This document shows, in pieces, positions 42,812 to 58,786 of a DNA stretch of 64,000 nucleotides. The notes beneath the pieces are model-generated. The model was not told where the DNA came from and made no database searches. It saw only the letters and a list, made by a program, of their open reading frames with translations. Origin of the DNA: the human T2T-CHM13v2.0 reference genome, Homo sapiens; assembly GCF_009914755.1 (NCBI RefSeq), contig NC_060926.1; one strand, given 5' to 3'. Position numbers and translations under genes: made by a program. Position 1 is the first letter of the stretch. Each line of letters opens with the position of its first letter.

Positions 42812-43872
42812 CTAAAAAGGAGAAAATTTTTAAAAATCGATAAATTGCAAATATAAATAAGAGCAAAACAAAGAGAGCAGAAACAGTCACCTTGAGAAAG
42901 AAAATTTACCAAGTACTATTAATATATGTTAAACCTAGAAGGTAAATATTTCAGAGGAAACAATCAAAAGAAAACCAAACTGTTTTTCAATTAGAATTTC
43001 ACCATATACTAAGGCTTAAATATTCAGGCACCTGAAATGCAGGTGGGAACTTAGAAATGAAGAAAAAAATTAAGGCTAGCAACTGAATATAAAAAAACTG
43101 TCTGTATCAACACCAATAAACTTTAATAGATGTGTAGCCTCACCCAGACACATTATGTATTAATTATGGCAATGTATCTGATACAATGAGGGAGCCATTA
43201 CAGAAAGCTAGAAAGAAATGACACCCAGGAGAGACTGAATGGGAAAGAACCACAGAGCAATAATTATACCAAAACAAGACTGGTTGGTAGTTTAGCTGCA
43301 CACTATGAGTGGTTCACTTTTCTGTTTGTTACACTCCATTCATAACTGGAGGCCAGTTACCAACAGGGCAAACAGCCTAACATATACTAAAAGTTAGAAG
43401 ACATTACTGTGTAACCACTATATAAACAAAGCTAATTAATAACGAAACCCCAACAGTCACAATTTTTAAAGCTATGTTCAGTACTTCTGGCAGGGATCTG
43501 TATAACAGACATCACAGTTATCTGTCTAAAGAAAGAAAAAAAGTCTGACAGTTCCGTTTACCTCCTTCTTGGCCATACTCATAGAAAAACCAAATCTTGA
43601 AAAATTTATGTTTCTACATAGAAATTGAAAAGTCAAAAAAACATAAAGTTATTTAGAGTTGGCATATCAGACTAACTCAGTTACAATTTATGTCAACTAA
43701 AGCTAACTTTAAATGTTATAAAATAAATATCAGTACCTCATGACATAACACCATGAGCTCTCAATACGGACCCTTCAAGACCAGTGGAGGTGTATGCCCA
43801 CTGGTAGTAGTCAAAAAGCACTATATTATGGTAGAAAGCAACACCTGCCTTCTGTTAATTTTGTTCACCTTG

Positions 43873-44351
43873 TGTGGCAGGCAACACAATGGCCCCCAAA
43901 AGATGTCCACATCCTAATCGCTGCAGTCTGTGAGTATGTTCTATTACATGGATTTAAGGTTGTAGATGGAATTAGGGTTGCTAATCAACTGACTTGAACT
44001 TAGGGAGAGTATCCTGAATTATTCAGGTGGCCCCGAAGTAATCACAAGGATCCTTAAAGGTAGAAAGGGGCAGCAGAAGAGTCAATGTCAGAGTAATGTA
44101 ATGTGACACTCACCTGGCCACCGCTGGCTTTGAAGGTAGAAGGGGCCACAAGCCAAGGAATCTGGGAAGCTTCTAAAAGCCGGAAAAGGCAACAAAATAG
44201 ATTCTCCCCAAGCCTCCAGAAAGGAACACAGCCCTGAGGATATGTTTGATTTTAGCCCAGTGAGACCCATTTCAGACTTCTGAGCTCCAGAACTGCAGGG
44301 TAAGTTTGTGTTATGTCACCAAGTTTGTGATTCATAGAAAATGAATATATA
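43873..44351 (+). mobile_element. MLT1D-like MaLR solo LTR
   Basis: aatggcccccaaaagatgtccacatcctaatc; gattttagcccagtgagacccatttcagacttctga. Confidence 0.85.
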
Positions 44352-45167
44352 CCTTTTTTCTTTCCCAGTCCCAAAACTCAGATGACCTGTCACACTCTAA
44401 TGCCACTAAAAGCCCTCTTCTCATTTGACAACCCACTTTCTAAAGTGTTTCTGAACTAAGCTAACAATAACAATTAAAGAACTCATCTCTACCATATACT
44501 CTTAGATCTAAATTTTTCAAAACTATACAAAATCCTTCTAGGTTTAATTATGGAATGTAGCCCAACTCAAAATCTCAAAAACCATAAAGTAATTCAAATG
44601 CACTTTCTTCACAGAAACACAGCTTGGGCCTACACACAAAGCCTTTTCCCTACTGCCTTTTTATGCAGCTCTAACAAATTTTCATCTCAGCAAATTGGAA
44701 GTAAAAAACTTTGAGACGATGCCTTGAAGCAACCTATTTTGGTTGTTCCTACCCTAAGCAAATCCTTAGAGCTAACACGTAATTAACCCTGCTCACCAGG
44801 GCAAAAGAGACTGTGGTCCAAAGTCAGGCTAGTATTATGAGTATTACTTGCCCAGAGCATTCATTCTTCTCAAATGATTCTATTACAGTAAAATATTTCA
44901 CAAAAAAAGGAGTATATCTAGTGCAGATAAAATCATATTATCCCTCAGAATCTAACTCTCAATTTGGAGAAAATATTGATGAAAAAAGAAAAATACTTTA
45001 AACAACACTACAAAGATGCAATCAACAAAAACTAGACAGTGAGAAAATACAAAATAAATGGCCTGGGTTTTTTTTTTTTCAGAACCCACACACACATAAT
45101 CAAAGCAAAAGAGCAACAGACAGAAGGAGGATATGGAGAGCAGATCAATGAATTAAAAGAAAACATA

Positions 45168-45456
45168 GGTTGGATGCAGTGGCTCATGTCTGTAATCCCA
45201 AAACTTTGGGAAGACAAGGTGGGAGGATTGTTTGTGGCCAAGGGTTCAAGATCAGCCTGGGCAACATAGTGAGATCTCATCTCTACAAAAAAAAAAATCA
45301 GCCAGGTGTAGTCATAGGTACCTACAGTCTCAGCTACTCGGGAGGATGAGGTGGGAGAATCGCTTGAGGACAGGAGTTCTGAGGTTGCAGTGAGCCATAA
45401 TTGTGCCACTGAACCCCAGCCTGGGTGACAGAATGAGTGAGAACCTGTCTAAAAAA
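45168..45456 (+). mobile_element. AluJ within an old L1M 3' remnant
   Basis: Diverged dimer. Confidence 0.87.
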
Positions 45457-46827
45457 GAGGCAGGGGAGAACACAGTCTGGATATTTGAAGATACTGACAG
45501 ATTACTGTTAATTATTTTAGATGTGCTAATGGTATTATGTTTATATTTTAGAGTCTTTATTTTGTAGAAATACACACTGAGATATTTACAGATAAAATAA
45601 TATGCTGTCCAGGATTTACTTCAATATAATCCAGGGAAGGGTGGATAGGGAAATGGCTGGGTATACAGGTAAAATGAGACTGGCCATGAGCTGATTGTTG
45701 AAACTGAATAACAGGCACTAAGGAGTCAGTATACTATTCTACTTTTGTACATGCTTCAAATTTTCCATAAATTTATTTCTCAAAAGTCCATTTGATAGGA
45801 AAAAAATCCTCTGAATAAACAGAAATATAAGGGGTAATCTGGAATATCCAAAGTTCAGAATTTAATCACAACGTTTTTTCAATCCAAAAATATGTGATTC
45901 ATAAAACATACCTTTAAAAACTAGTAACCTACTATTTAAAACAGTAACCTCTATTGAACCTCTATTTGAAAACAATATCACTATTTAAGAATTCAATAAA
46001 CTATATCAATATCACTACTTAAGAATTCAATAAATTCCCAAAGTCCATTATAAAACAGTTCCTTGATAACTGAAATAATGTCACTTTGATCAATGTCCAA
46101 TATATATATTTGTATTAAAAACATATAATATAGTAAACATTAATATATTTATAATATATAATTTCTACTAATTAAATTTATGTTAACATATGTCTGAAAC
46201 TTTAAGTTGGCTGACTACTGAAGGAGTTACAGACCTAAGTGATAATCCAGATTTTTTATGTCCTGGGTATTGCAAGACACTTCCTCTCTATGAATTCTGA
46301 TAACTAGCATAGCCATGCATAGATAAAACTGTCTACAAAAGGTTAAGATCCCCTAAGAACAAAAGGGATTCAGTATCTGTTCCCAGCCTTTCCTCCGTTC
46401 ATGCCAGACTGAAGAATAAGGGGAAAAGCAGCAGAATGATGAAACGAATCATGTGCTGTTCCAATCAGACAGATAGCAGCTTTAGGACACTGATGCTCCA
46501 GCTCTAAGAATGCATATGTGTTCACACATCCAAGTAGGCACGGGTCCTCAGGTATGTTTAAAGGGGAAGAAATGGAGATAACTGAATCAACATCTTCACA
46601 AAACTGGCAGCTGCTGAGTGCAGGGCAATGTGCAGGGCACTGAGTGTACAAAGATGAACAAGGCATGTGCTCTGCATTTAAAAGCTCACTCTCTAAAACA
46701 GAAAAAAAAAAAGGAAGAACACATGGGAGCATGAAATTAGTGGCACAAAAGATGACAGACCAATCTGAAGATGATAAGCAAATCTAAATCTACTGAAGGG
46801 TTTTTCTTCAGTTATACGTGCCAAGGG

Positions 46828-46998
46828 GCCAGCCTGGAAAACATGTCTCTACAAAAATACAAAAATTACTTGGGCGTGGTGGTGCATGCCTGTAGTCCCA
46901 GCTACCTGGAAGGCAGAGGCTGCAGTAAGCCAAGATCGAGCCACCACTTCAGCCTGAGTGATGGAGCAAGACTTTCTCAAAACAAACAAACAAACAAA
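46828..46998 (+). mobile_element. Deleted Alu fragment with (CAAA)n tail
   Basis: Linker and partial right arm. Confidence 0.8.
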
Positions 46999-47868
46999 AA
47001 CCCCAAGGGGTATCAACCCCAATTCAAGACTCCATTACTTTATTATTCAATAAGACTCACAATGTTGACGAGAACTAATCTACAAGTGATTAAGAAAATA
47101 AAAATAAAACAGGCTTATGGTGATGATTGGCCAAGTAAATAAACACGCTCCATCATCATCACAGTGTTCAGAACAGGCTTCCAGGGCAACACTGGCCAGA
47201 AGTGAGAAGAAATAAAGTTCCACTGGTAAAACCATGTAACTTAAAAAAAAAGCCAGTCAATGGAAGAGAAGAGTCTGAAACTCAGCACAATATACTCAAT
47301 AAATGTTTGCTGAGGGGCTGTGAATTGAAAGTCCACATTTCTCATTAGGAAGCACAGAGTGAAGAAGGTACAAAGAGACCCATCTTCTTACTGCTTGTCT
47401 TCACTCTATGTTTCAGCAGTAAGATATGATGAGATAAGGTGGGGAGAAGGGAAGGGTCACGGCAATGGAGGCAGGGAAAGGTGGGGTCACACTGATTAAA
47501 ACGGACAAAACAATGCTAAGCCAAGAATTTGATATTTTTAAGGAAACATCGAGAAGAAAATTTCAAGCTTGTGAGAGTTACATGAATGAAGACGGAGAGA
47601 TACTATCTTCTTTGGTGGGTATTTTAAACATGCCAATTCCTCTTAATTTACAAATTGAATGCAATTTCACATAAATCCTGTAAGAATTTTTCATGGAACT
47701 GAACAAACTGATTTAATGAAACTAGAAAAACACAGAATTCCCATAAGAAAATAAGTTCTAAGAAGAGCCAACTCAGTTCATGCTCATCAAGCTTTCACTT
47801 ATGAGCTGGGCTTTGTGCATCTTGACCTGTAAACATTTTCCTACCCTGCCATCATTAAGACATTCTCA

Positions 47869-48208
<340 letters not shown>

Positions 48209-48593
48209 TTACAACACACAGAACTAACAAAGTATTAGTAGGCAGAATTTATAAAGATCTCCCAAAACCAGTTCAAAAGGAAAGTAGACAAAGGATAAGC
48301 AACAGCAAATCACAAAAAAAGAAATCCAAAAGCCAATAATGCAGATTAAAACAACACAGATTTACACCAATCACCCTCTAGAATGTTTAGGGGCCTAGTA
48401 ACTCTTAAAAACTACTAGCGAGATTGCAAATTGAAGCAATCATTTTGGAGCAACTTGACAATATCAAATAAATGCACACAACTAACTACCCCACAAACTG
48501 CTCCAAGGAAACTATAGAGAAATTCTTGCACAGGTATATTCATCTTTTGGCCAAAAAAAAAAAGTTTAGTGTGAAACTTGTTTTGTTATTTAG

Positions 48594-48736
48594 GTTTTTT
48601 TACTTTTATTTTAGGTTTAGAGGTATATGTTCAGGGTTTTTATATAGGTAAATTGTGTGTCGCAGGGGTTTGTTGTACAGATTATTTCTTCACCCAGGTA
48701 ATAAGCATAGTACTCGATAGGTAGTTTTTTGATCCC
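48594..48736 (-). mobile_element. Old L1PA/PB 3'-terminal fragment
   Basis: ataggtaaattgtgtgtcgcaggggtttgttgtacagattattt. Confidence 0.78.
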
Positions 48737-49073
48737 CACAGTACTATTTATAAAGCTGAAAAATTAGAAATATTTCAAATATTTAAAAGGGATGGACAAA
48801 TAACCAAATTGTTCAGGAAAACATATACAATGTGAAGGGAACAAATACAAAAATATATATTGGAAGGTCACACACCAAAATTATGACAGCTGCCTCTAGA
48901 GGGAAGAAAGTGAGACAAAATAATGGAAGTAGGGAATTTTGTTTGTATTATTGTCTTTGATATTTATATATGTCTGTGAATGTATACACACACACACACA
49001 TAAACATACATCTTAGGTCAAAGAAAGACACATTTAATATTTGTTAAGTGCACATAGTAGGTACGTAGTTTTA

Positions 49074-49453
49074 CAGATGCTCCTTGACTTATGATCAGAT
49101 AATCAATAAACCTATTGTAAATGGAAAATACTGTAAGTGAAAAAAGGGTGTTTTATACATGTGATGGGATGTCAAAACACACAACACAATATCCAAAACA
49201 TGCTGGCAACACAGTACATAGAGTATCGTTTGCTTGCCTCATGACCTGATCACATTACCCTCATGGTTGCATGGTAGACTGGGAGGTTCAGTTCGCTGCC
49301 ATACCCAGCATCACAAGAATATCCTACACATACTGCTAACCCAGGAAAAGATCAAAATGCTAAGTACAGTTTCTACTGAATGTGTATTGCTTCTGCACCA
49401 TCATAAAGTGGAAAAGTCTTAAGTTAAAAAAATCACAAGTTGGGGACCATCTG
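49074..49453. mobile_element. MER47-type TcMar-Tigger MITE
   Basis: TIRs cagatgctccttgactt / aagttggggaccatctg; TA on the left. Confidence 0.85.
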
Positions 49454-50118
49454 TTTATTACATCATTCTCTGTACTTCTCCTTCTCTCTCCCTTTTTTTT
49501 AAACTTAAAAAGAAGAACATCAAGATACAATGTCCCAAATTATGCACATAAATTTCTCTAGTTAATGAAGTCTAGGGGAAAAAAAAAAAAAAAACAGTGA
49601 ATTGGCTTTAACACGTTGCATCAACCCACAAGTGTAGTGAAATACTCAAAAGGAAATTATCATATAATTTGCCTTGTGGTATTTTGAGGTTGTATATGCA
49701 TTAATGATTATATCTTAAGTATTCTGGGACTGGGACTTACTACTAAAATAATTATTAGATTTTTTTAAGAAATCTAGTCTATAAAAGCTAACATTGTAGC
49801 AAATAATTTATATCATTAGCGTTATTTGTTTTTGCATTAAATTCCTCCACCTGGAATATTTACATGCAGTGGTAACCATTACATCCTCAAATATACAGAA
49901 CATTTGACTTTTAAGTGCTTAATTTCAAAATAACATTTTGAAGCAAATATTTTCAAATTATCCTATGAAGATACAGTAAAATGGAATTTTTATAATACAA
50001 ATTAAATCCTCTACACTAAAGCACACAACATGGGAATGAATTAGCAAAACTTTACTTCCCCTTAACAAAAACAAGAGAGAGAAAGAGAAAGAAAAAGATT
50101 ATATTACCCAATAATCTT

Positions 50119-50483
50119 TGTATTAGTCCATTTTCACGCTGCTGATAAAGATATGCCCGAGACTTGGCAATTTACAAAAGAGAGTTTTATTGGACATACA
50201 GCTCCACATGGCTGGGGAGGCCTCATAATCATGGTGGAAGGCAAGGAGGAGCAAGGCACATCTTATGTGGAATGGCAGCAGGCAAAGAGAGCTTGTGCAG
50301 AGAAACTCCCATTTTTTTAAAATCATCAGATCTCATGAGACCCATTCACTATCATGAGAAGAACATGGGAAAGACTCGCCCCCATGATTCAATCATCTCC
50401 CACCAGGTCCCTCCCACAACACGTGGAAATTACGGGAGCTACAAGATGAGATTTGGGTGGGGACACAGAGCCAAGCCATATTA
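50119..50483 (-). mobile_element. THE1 (A/B-like) solo LTR
   Basis: tgtattagtccattttcacgctgctgataaag...gagatttgggtggggacacagagcc; TSD (a/c)tctt. Confidence 0.9.
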
Positions 50484-50879
50484 CTCTTCAACCTCAAATT
50501 TTATGGAAAATAGCAGGAAAATGATGGGTCTAGAATCAGAAGTATCAAGTTCAACTAACCTTTGCTAAAAAGAAACTATATAATCTTGAGACATTCCTTT
50601 CACCCATTAACATTTACTAAACTGCATATAACCAATAAGGAATATGCTAAGCCACTGAAGAAACATCTTAGTAAACTACTTCTAACTTTTTGGAAATCAA
50701 TGTTCAGCATAACTCTTAACTCTCACATTTGTCCAGTATCACATACGGTGTGCCGGTTAGGGGGCTTGCATTCCTTCTGTACCTTCCTTTTCTCAAACAA
50801 CCAGGGATATGAATTCATATAGAGGAATAAATATGAGCAGAATCCACCACAAGTTCTCATTTGGTTCAACTTCTTCATT

Positions 50880-51193
50880 TCTTTATTTTTTTTTTAATTT
50901 TTGAGACTGGGTCTCACTCTGTCACCCAAGCTGGTGGCGCAATGGTGGCGCAGTCACAGCTCACTGCAGTGTACCTCCCAGGTTCCAGTGATCTTCGCAC
51001 CCTCAGCCTCCCAAGTAGTTGGGAATACAGGCACATGCATGCCTGGCTAATTTTTTTCTTTTTTTAAACTTTTGTAGAGACAGGGATCTCCCTATGTAGC
51101 CCAGGCTGGTCTCAAACTCCTAGGTGCAAATGACCTTCCTGCCTTGGCCTCCCAAAGTGCTGGGATTACAGGTATGAGCCACTGTATGCAGCC
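50880..51193 (-). mobile_element. AluJ, followed by a MER5-like fragment to about 51270
   Basis: Diverged reverse dimer; gggaccacattttgagaaccactg after it. Confidence 0.85.
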
Positions 51194-51568
51194 AAGAATT
51201 TGCATTTCTAACCATTTCCCCAGTTTTTCTGATGCTGCTGGTCAGGGACCACATTTTGAGAACCACTGCTTTACTTTATGTTTGAATCTGTTATATGATC
51301 TCTAAAAGATATACTTTACTATAGGTCAAATTATGAAGCATCAGACTATTTAGTCAACATGTGCTTAAGAATAATCACAGAAAACTGATTATATTGAATG
51401 ATTAATTATTAAAGACAAAACATGGGAATTTTTCCTGGACTTCTTAGTTCACTAATGAAATCATTCCCTGGCAATTTGATAACTGGGCATCATATTTAAA
51501 ACTGAGTGGTACTCGGCTATAATTTTTTTTAAATACAATTTAGAGTTTAAAATCAAGAAGTATGGAAA

Positions 51569-51863
51569 GGCCAGGCACGGTGACTTACATATGTAATTCC
51601 AGCACTTTGGGAGGCCCAGGCAAGTGGCTCACTTGAAGCCAAGAGTTAGAGACCAGCTTGAGCAACATGGCAAGACCCCATCGCTTCAAAAAATTAAAAA
51701 ATTAGCTGGATGTTGTGACATGTGCCTGTAGTCCCAGTTACTCAGAAGGCTGAGGAGGGAGGATCGCTTGAGCCCAGGAGGTAGAAGCTACAGCAAGCCA
51801 AGATCACATACATCACTGCACTCAAATATGAAAGACAGAGCAAGACCCTGTCTCGAAGAAAAG
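51569..51863 (+). mobile_element. AluJ
   Basis: Diverged dimer. Confidence 0.85.
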
Positions 51864-51959
51864 AACTACGAAAAAATCTACGAAGTTCAATACGCCTTAC
51901 TTTCTACCTCCCAAACAGAACTAGACCCATACTCAGACAGACTGTTGGATGACATAAAA

Positions 51960-52262
51960 TAGGGGCCAGAAAACATTCTGTGTAAAAGGCCAGATTATAA
52001 ATATTTTAGGCTCTGTGGGCCATATGGTCTCGCACAACTACTAACTTATGTCAGAGCATAAAAAAAAAAACAGACAATATGTAAAACAAAAAAAAGTGTG
52101 GCTATGTTCCTATAAATCTTTCTTTATAAACACAGAAATTTGAATTTCATATGATTTTCATGTATGATAAAATATTCTTTTGAGGTTTTTTTCAACAATT
52201 TAAAAAATATAAAATCTATGCTTAAAAACAGGCCACATTTGGCCCACAGGCCAAAGTTTGCC
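51960..52262. mobile_element. MER58B-like hAT-Charlie element
   Basis: ggccagattataaatattttaggctctgtgggccata; tttggcccacaggcc..agtttgcc. Confidence 0.75.
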
Positions 52263-53214
52263 AGAGAAAAGCTTACTGGGCATGGGAATCAAAGACATGA
52301 ATTTACCACTCAACAGTCATGCCCTCTTAAGAAAGTTGCTTAAGCCTCTAGGAGCTTAGGTTTCTCTACATACACAATAGCAGTTATGAAACCATCTCAT
52401 GTTGTGATGAGTAGGATTCAGCATATATAAGTATCTGGTCATCAGTAAAAGCTCTATAAAGTTAATTTCATCTATTATAACCTTAACTTCAATTGAAGTC
52501 AATTCAATGTCAATTCAGAAAGTGTCTAAAACTTGCAAGGTGCTAATCTAGCAGTGTAGGAAATACTGTGTAATGAAATCAAGTATTCCCTGCCCTTGTG
52601 GAGTTAACAATCTTATGGCATTACTATATTATTAACTGACTGCAATCTTAACAGTACCTTCTTCGACCCAGCTGGCACAGATGATCCCATCTTATAGCAA
52701 CATCTATTCTGATTCGTTGGTCACCCTGAAGAGATGTGACCAAAGAAACACTGGTGAAATTACAGTCTCACTCAACTGTAATTTCACCGAAGAAAAGTTT
52801 GGAAAAAACCTGTTTTAGACATTCCATTCATACAGTTGTTCCACCTAGCTCTTACGTTTTAATTCTTCCAAAGTCAGGCTTTCATTTATTTACTGAGAAA
52901 TATTTATTGAGCACCAATTATGTGCCAAGCCCTCATCTAAAAGCTGAAAATAGAGCTGTAAATAACACAGATGGAAGTTTCTGCCTTCATGGAACTTACA
53001 TTCTAGTGTATTAGTATTGCTTTCTCTCTTTATATGCTTTGACAAAGTCAAGTATATTTAATAATTTAACTAAAATCTACTGACAGGTACTCCATGCAAA
53101 GCACCGTGCTGCTGAGACTAATGATACAGTTCTAAGACACGGTGTTTGGCTTTAAAAACAACAATGACATTTTGAGATATACAGAAATTTACACATGCCT
53201 AGAGTTATCTAGAC

Positions 53215-53432
53215 CAGGAGCCAGCAAACTCCAGCCCCTCAAATCAAATTCAGCCCACCATCTATTTTTGTAAATAAAGCTTTATGGAACACAGCCATAC
53301 TGTGAATTTTATATGTTGTCATGTCTGCTTTCACACTACAAGAGGAGAGTTTAGTAGTTATAGCAGAGACCATATGGCCTGCACAGTCTAAAATATTTAC
53401 AATCTGCCCCTTTACAGGAAGTGTGCTGACCG
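53215..53432. mobile_element. MER58A-like hAT-Charlie element
   Basis: aaataaagctttatggaacacagcca; ctaaaatatttacaatctgcccctttacag. Confidence 0.8.
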
Positions 53433-54158
53433 TTGGCACAGAGCAAAGAAAACATGAGAGGGTGTAATAGGAAGCTAGACAGATTAAAGGCCAAATCACA
53501 AAGGGCCTTTAATACTAATCTAAGAAGTTATATATCTATCCCAAGGGCTAAAGAAAATCAGAGGATTTTTAAGTAGAGAAGTAAATGATCAGAGTTGTAC
53601 TTTAAGACCTGTAATTCTTTCTGGCAACAGAAATGAAAAGAAATTAGAGGAAGAGGAAACAACTTGATAAGTAAATTGGGTCAGAAGTAATGAGGGTCTG
53701 AAGTATAAGGATGGCACTAGAAATGGGGAGGAGGAGGCATACTAAAGAAGAAGAATCAGTAAGGCTTGAAGATCATGAGTTGAGAATTATCTAACATAAA
53801 TCTCAAGTTTTGGCCTGGTGGAAATATTATACATCAAGATATGGGAATACATGAGAAGAAGCAGGTTTGAAGGAGGAAAATGATGAACACAGAATATAAT
53901 AAGTAGGAGGTACTTGTGAGCTATCCAGGAAAAGATGTTCAGTAAGCGAGTGAATAAATAGCTCTGTGGCCTAGGAGTAACTTCTGGGATACAGACTTCA
54001 AAGATATTACATATGCATTCAAGTGGTTAAAAACCATTAGGTCTGGATAAGGCTGCCTATAAAAATATATAGAATAGGTAAGGGAAAAAAATATGGCCAA
54101 AAGATTCCATTAAAACACCATGAGAATTAATAACCAAGTTTAACGTAGGAGCGATATG

Positions 54159-55391
<1,233 letters not shown>

Positions 55392-58300
55392 CTGTATTTC
55401 TATCTACTAACAGTGAACACTGAAAAAAGGTAACTAAGGTAGGAAATATATCTCAAACTTCAGACACTAGTGTACTTCTTTCAAATGATTTTTTGGCATA
55501 TTAAAGGCATCATTTACATCATCTTATTTGTTCATTTATTTAAAGGTAGCACATAAAAGCTAAATAACTGTGCTTTATCATAACCACTACTCTCTGTGAC
55601 ACCACAGATTTTTTACACAAATTAAATTAAAAATATCTGTGCATGTGAAACGTAAAGCCATCATGCTGCCCTATTCGGGAGACACGTGGTGAATGGAAAA
55701 AGATAAAATAATACCAGAAATGGAGTGACTTCCTGGCTGCCAAGATGATGGTGGTGGTTCCTAACTGTGCTATGGGGTGCAAGATGCCCCACACAGGTTT
55801 TGCAAAGGCAGATGTTCTTGAGTAAATGTGATGATATAGATTGTGTGCCTGCACTTATTACATGTCCCGGTCCAAACTGGGGTCTGACTGGCATGTTGTA
55901 GGCTTCCAAGGAAGTCAGAATAAACACACATGCATACACATGCTCACTCCATGCAGACAGACAAGAGAAGATGGATATCTAGTTCTGCTACTTCTACACC
56001 TATGTCAACCATCAATCTTAGCTCCTTATGGGCCCAGTTTTTTAGGCAGCTATAATCAATGGAAGGGAGACGACAACTAAATGAAATTTATTGCTATCCC
56101 TCATTAGGGCAACTTCAAAGCAAGGAAGATATCCTAGTCATTATCCCATTGATCCTATTAAATCTCCCAGAGCTTAGCACAAGGATTTTTAACTGGAGGG
56201 AAGGACACCTGATCAAGCCTTTGAGGGTAGGACCTAGGTATGCATTTTTTTTTTTTTAATTCTCAACAGGTAATTCTGATGTCCATACCTTGTTAAGAGC
56301 CATTGGCCTGGCACAGAATGTCAACACAAGTACTAATGAATAAATTAACTTAAAGTTCTTGGACACTCTTGCCTGTTTCCTTCCCTCAACCCACAGCTGA
56401 TGCTAAAGAACATCAGCTGAAGACTTAATTCCCTCTTGATCCTTAAGGTGGATTTAAGCAACTTCACTGCAAAAACACAATATATTCAGCATCTACCTAT
56501 ATGGCTTATTCCACATCTACCTTTTATCCAGATTTAAATGACCGTCCAGTTTCTGAAACCAAATTTCCAATTTCCATCCCAATACCAGCAATTTAATTTT
56601 TGAAGTCTTGCTCAAACTGGTTCTCCCAGGAGAAGTAAGTCTTGTCTCTGAAGCCGGCTGTTGCCTGCCAGGTATCCCTGACAATGAATCTTCCCACAAC
56701 GCCTGCTGTTAAACTCTCCACCACAATTTTCCTCTGTGAAATGCTACACAGTAGTCTATACTGACCCTCCTTGGTGCTTGAAGAACTATGGTCTGTGCCC
56801 AGTACAGTGCCAGAAAAATGTGGTCCAGAAAGAGTAAATGACTTACTTTGAGATTACACAGCTAGAAAGTAGGACAACCAAGAACAGAATTCAGGGTTCC
56901 TGTCTCCTAATCTGGTACACACTCTATTAAAAAATATTTTTAAAATTTTCTATAGATATAGAACCAACCGTAGTAGTGGTGGCACAACTCTATACATTTA
57001 GTAAAAATCAATGAATTATATACTGGAACTCAGTGTCAAAAGGTCATCAAGGAATTTGAACATGAGTGGCTTTTCAAAAGTACAGCTTCTCCCAAGAAAG
57101 TAGGCATGTTCTCTGCCTTTTGACTTTGTTGAAATGTAAATTAGGGTCTAGAAGTAGTTACCTTCAAATACTAACTAACTTTTTGTAGCTATCAAGGAAA
57201 TATTGGAAATACAACAAAATCAGATGTTGCTTATAAAAATTTTCAACAAAATTGAAAACAAAAATAGTAACAAAATCATAAAAATTAAAAAGTTATATAC
57301 TACTGAAAGCAGTAAGTGCCACTTAAAAATCTATACATAAAGTCTTTGATCTGAACCTAACTCATTAAGTGTTAATTTGGGACTGTGTGATTCCCAGATA
57401 GGGTATAAACTCCTACAGGACAGGTACTACATTTGAATCTCCACCAGCAAGCACAGTACCCACCGTGAGCGAAAGGCTTAATGCATCTCCTCTAACAATG
57501 CAGAGATCAGAGAATCTTCTCAGCCAGAATTAGGCTATAATCTATGCTAAAACCTACAGAGCAAAGAGAACAATAAGAATAGAAAAAAAGATGGCAGCGA
57601 GGTGTTGGGGTAGGTTGAAGAAAGGAAGCAAGACTGGAATGAGATAGTCTGCGTGTTTAAGGAGGACAAAATACATTCATTAGGCTGTGAGTTAGGATAT
57701 ATAAAAAAGAAAATAGTCAAAATCCACATATTCATAGAGCTTATCCCAAAGCTTCTCAATTAATTTTTGTTTCATATCACCAAATTTACCACCTCAGTTT
57801 CTCTTCTTCAACAATACTCACAACATTAGGCAAAACGATGAATTTCATAAAATCCTGTTTGTATATTACCAATTTATCCAAATTCAACTCTGGCTGATTT
57901 ACTTCACATTTATAAAATCTTTGTGGATGATAAACATCACAGGCCCACATTACTAGAATAACTGAAAATAAATAAAAATGTGATGAATATTTCAGCTTCT
58001 TTCATTTAAAAAAAAAGACCACATAATGGAAAATATAAACAACCTAGCAAAATTTTTGTCATGCACAACAGGCCACTTACACATACTCCTTGCTTTACAA
58101 CAATCTTCATTCAGAAACAATAATGTAGTTATCCATCTCCAAACTGACTGCCACCAAGAGATGTAAATGATTGTACAACCAACAAAAGGTCCTCCTTCTG
58201 TGGTTTGATAATATATCAAACTTTCCAGATGTTCTTATTTAAATGGAGACTGCCCCTCAAAAATACCCTCAATTGCTTAAATCCTGAATCAAAAAGTAAA

Positions 58301-58786
58301 CATCTTAAAAGTAATAAGTATAATCTGACTTAAAAGAAATTTATCCCATAATAATTATTCAGTGTGTAATCATTTCAATCCTACGGTCCCACTTACCTTC
58401 CTGAAATAATGCCAGGAAAAAAGAAATCAAATATTGACTTTTGTAACAAATCAAGAGAGTGGAGTAGTCAGTATGAAATAAACAATCAAACAAAAACAGT
58501 CCAGCATTAAGATACAAAATACCCTTCTTTTAAAAGGGACAAGAGAAAAAAAAAAAAACACAGAAATGTGGGGTATGAAGAAGAATACAAAATAGAAAAG
58601 GAGAAAAAAGGAAAAGTCAAAAGAAAGAAACATAAATTTTCTTTTCCACTCAAAAAATAAGAGTTACTTATTCAAGGTGTCCTCAGAGCCAGAGCTCATA
58701 TACTATTTGCTGTGGGTTTTACAAAGGTATACAGTACATATTCCTTGCCTTCAAGTAGCTGATAGTCTAATTGGAGATATGGGATA

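Noticed and set aside
55620-56760. Unique-looking sequence with ORFs and a possible exon at 56521-56733
   Set aside because: No protein similarity recognised, weak donor (AAG|gtagat) and short pyrimidine tract; cannot support without conservation data.
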